DNA of 64,000 nucleotides from Plasmodiophora brassicae (Eukaryota): NCBI GenBank assembly GCA_036867785.1, contig CP145411.1, positions 744,001 to 808,000 of the forward strand, read 5' to 3'. Shown piece by piece: positions 60,401 to 64,000 of this stretch (position 1 is its first letter; each line of letters starts with the position of its first letter). The notes under the pieces were generated by a model. It saw only the letters and a program-made list of their open reading frames with translations, ran no database searches and was not told where the DNA came from. The position numbers and the translations under genes were made by a program.

Positions 60401-63400
60401 GTCAGGTGTATGCTTCCACTCTGTACGAAGCCGGTATGTTTGAAGCAGCGGAAGGCGTCCTTAGCGATGTCCTCTCCGAAGAGCCCGGCAAGCGCGCCTC
60501 CCTCAAGCTTCGGGCGCTTGCACGCGTCCGTCTGGAGCGGCTCGACGATGCTGCGGACGACTTTGCTGAATACCGGCGCCGATTCCCGAACGACGTCGAC
60601 ATGGTTTATCGTCTAGGCAAGGTGGCCTTGACGCTAGGACGTTTCGATACGGCCTTGGCGTGTTTCTCCGAATGTGTCGAGCACCGACCGGATCACGCTC
60701 CGTTACGACTTGCCATAGGCGATTGCTCGACGCATGTTCACGATTACGACGGGGCAATACTGCACCTACGAGAATGGTAACCCGAGGACCTCTGTGCCGT
60801 TGACGATTCGCTGAGCCGCGTTTGCAGCATTCGTCTGGATCCGGATTGCAGCAAGGCGTACGGTCTCCTCGTGCACTGCCTGTCACGATCGATGCGGTTC
60901 GCTGAAGCCGTCGACGTCTGTGATGATATGATGCGACGCCTGCCGCCTTCATCCTCATCGTTCGTCTTGCGAGCCAGAATCCGACTCGCGCAAGGTGACC
61001 GATTCGGCGCCGTTGATGTAAGCTAGTCGGGGATTCAGGCCGCATCGTCTTCCTCATCAGTTTTACTGTCCAGGACGCCCGGCGTGCCATGCAATCAGGC
61101 GACGCCGCGATCGTCTGCGATTCTGCTTACGTCATGGCCATTTCCCAGCTGGAGCAGGGGAACGTGCAGGAGGCGATCCATTCGGCCAGTGTCGGCCTGG
61201 CCAAGCGCAGCGACCACGCTGGCCTGCTGTGGGTGCGAGGTCAGGCGCACCTGCAAGCAGGACGGTGGACGTCCGCGATCGCCGACCTCATTGCCGGTTA
61301 CAATCTGGACCCGTCGAACCTGTCCTGCCTTCTTGCCAAGGCGTACGCGATGTTCCGCGCTGGCAAGTTCCAGTCCGCTGTTCGCGATTACACAACGGCC
61401 CTGGATCGGGACCCGACGCTTGCGACGGCTCTAGCCAACCGTGGCATCATCTTGGAGCACTTCCTGAACCAGCACGATCAGGGCATGGTCGACATCATGG
61501 CGGCCGACGCGATGAACCCGTTGGACTACCACCCGGCTTTGTTTCGCGGAATCGTCTTCGAGCGCAAGGCGATGTGGAACGAGGCCCTGGAACAGTACGC
61601 GTCGTGCCTGGAGCGCTTCGACAAGGCCATGCGGCAACCGAGAACCATTGGCATCGACGGGCAGCCGGTGACCCCGTTTGATGATGGACTTCAGCTCGAC
61701 GCCGACGATCTCGCTCGGCTGCACAACACGATCGGCGCCATTCTTGCACGAGGCGTTCTGGGTCGTCCGCCAAAACCAGTCAGCGCGACAACAACAGCTG
61801 GTAGACGCATCGACGACGACGCCGAGCGAACCGCGAGAATTGAGGAAGCAACATCGGAACGCGCGAGAACGCTTCGCCTGCGAGAAGCGCTCTACCACTT
61901 CCAGACGGCTGCGGCGAACGCAGACCTTCGTGGCAGTAGCTTGAATAACGCCGGCATCGTGCTATCTGCCCTACAACGCGACAGTAAGGGCCCGGTCGCG
62001 TGTGCGACAGGTTCCTACTGGATGAATGACGGGGTGCGTTGTCAGGTGAAGCGCTGGCGATGTTCGAGAGAGCGGCGAACGCGGATCCAGACAGTGCCAC
62101 AGCGGCGAACAACTATGGCGTGTGCCTGCAGAGGGCTGGAAACCCGGTCCAGGCGCTCAGGTGGTTGAGGGCCGCCCTGCACGTCAATGAGGACAACGTT
62201 GCGGCTCTGTACAACACGGCCACGCTGCTGATCAGCATGTCCAGTTTCCGGGACGCCAAAGCGTTCCTCGATCAGGTGGCGGCACGATCCAAATTGTCGC
62301 CAAACGCTCTCAACAACAGGGCGCTGTGCGTTCATGCCTCGGCTGTTGCGGCGACGTGCTGACAGGTGATCAGGTGCTACCAGAACATGGGCATGCTGGA
62401 CGAAGCCATTGCCGACTACACGGAGGCGCTGCGTGTCGACAGCGGCCATCTGGATGCGAGGCTGAACCGTATCAGGGCGTATGCCCAGCAGATGGACTTC
62501 CGCCGCGCCCTGACGGACGTCAACCATGTGAAGATGCGGTACGCCGATGACGGGCGCGTCGAGCACGAGCAACTGAGCCGCATTGCAACGTACTGCCGCG
62601 CCTGGCAGCACACGCTCCGAGTTGCAATCGACCATATCTCGGTCGGCCTGGCCGAGCTTCCACCATTCTGCAGCGTCAATCTGCGAGCCGCCATCATCGT
62701 TGATGAGGGTCTCATAGATCCGAGGTAAGGGCGGCGAGTCGGTCCCCGTGGTCTGATGGCGTAACCGGTTGCGAATCAGGGACATGGGTATGCCTGCGAG
62801 CGCTTCGAATCGGCTCGTCATGGCCCTGCTGGAAGCAACGCCAAGCGACTCACCGCTGTCCGAGGCGATCAAGACTGCCTGCATGGCGCAGACACGCTCG
62901 TCTCGCGAGGACGTCTCGAGGGCGCTCGTCCATGCTGTCTTCTTGGCGCAGACCACATCCAATGAGGACCTTCGCGCATTGCTACTCCAGTGGCGATGCG
63001 TCCTCCTGGTGCAACTGGGGCACCTGGACGAGGCTGCCAAGGAGCTTCACCTTGTGATCAACAATTCAAGTCGGCATCTGTCGACACGGTTTTCGCCGCT
63101 GGCGAATCTCGCCGGTCGCCTGCACGAGCACAACGGGCAACTCGAAGACGCGTTGCGTTCCTACGAGCGCGCACGTTCAATCGACCCTGCCAATGTCAGA
63201 TAGGACGTCGATGGCCAGAGGCCTCCTTGCTATCCGGGTCCCAACGGTTGAATGCTTCTAGGTGTTCGCCCAGCTGAACTGCGCCCGCTTGCTGGCAGCC
63301 GCCGACTACAACTATGACGCTTTCCGTGCGTTGTCGAAGGCGGTCGAGCTGGTTCAAGGTCGGGACCTGTCGGCGGCCCATGCTACATTGGCCCAAGCAC

Positions 63401-63752
63401 TGCACGCATACGTCGTGACAATCAGCAGCGGGACGAAGCACTGGCATGAGCTGGAGAAGGTTACTCGGGCGTAGGCGAGCCGGTGCTGCTTCTAAAACTC
63501 GCGTTTGGACAGTTGCAAGGGAAGTTGGCGGTCGCCATCGATGACGCAATGCACGAGGCCAGGACGGCCTACCACATTCACCAGGTGACCCGACAGGTCG
63601 ACACTATCATGCAGGAGTACCTACAGCGGTTCGAAGCGATCAGCAACGCGAAGGACGACTTCTTCTCGACCCTCAACATTGCTGACATGGACGTATCGTT
63701 AAACGCCGCGCTGGAAAAGATGGAGAAGGCTCTGCAGGACGATGAAACCTAA
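57496..63752 (+). CDS. Large multi-exon TPR-repeat protein (TTC6-like)
   Basis: Many TPR units (AVRDYTTALDRDP, ALANRG, EAIADYTEALRVD, ALRSYERARSIDP); could be more than one gene. Confidence 0.7.
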
Positions 63753-64000
63753 TACATAACGGGAGACGCTAGTATAAACCATTCTGGGGATGTATGATCG
63801 ATCAAAGGCGTCAAGCAGCGACGAAACTGAAACGTGGGGATGCTGGGGAGGATTGCGGGGGTAACCGCAACAACGCTTGTGAGCACTTACCGGCCTCGAA
63901 GCTGGCGCACCAAGTTGTTCGCCCACTGTGCATTATCAATAAGGCTCTGGTCGCCGGAAGCTAAACCTTGGTTGAGCAGCGCACTGATGCACGGGGCGTC

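Overview
Gene-dense, GC-rich eukaryotic DNA with many short (about 45-125 nt) GT-AG introns and very short intergenic gaps. It carries cilia-associated genes and looks like a compact protist genome; a phytomyxid such as Plasmodiophora is my inference, not something the sequence proves. The window holds a four-copy 5S rRNA mini-array (920-1823) and about 25 mostly housekeeping genes: PCF11, ankyrin protein, EF-hand/WD40, THOC2, UBL3/MUB, MAP2K, extended-synaptotagmin-like, RPT5, YIP1, CFAP251, GNB1L/ASA1, NPEPL1, RPB7, SNIP1, FCP1, coiled-coil RING, PrpB, F-BAR-RhoGAP, macrodomain, TRAF-like, two tandem VWA-CAAX genes and a large TPR gene. There are two transposon-derived islands. The most unusual is 30.1-36.2 kb, where one RT-deleted Ty1/copia element hosts a gypsy-like gag fragment and a DUF6729/Zisupton-like fragment. 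All three families are present as long inverted repeats, making this a candidate multi-transposon hairpin (siRNA) locus. A spliced 45-aa membrane microprotein missed by the ORF track is also proposed. Exon boundaries were read by eye and family calls come from motif recognition, not database searches.
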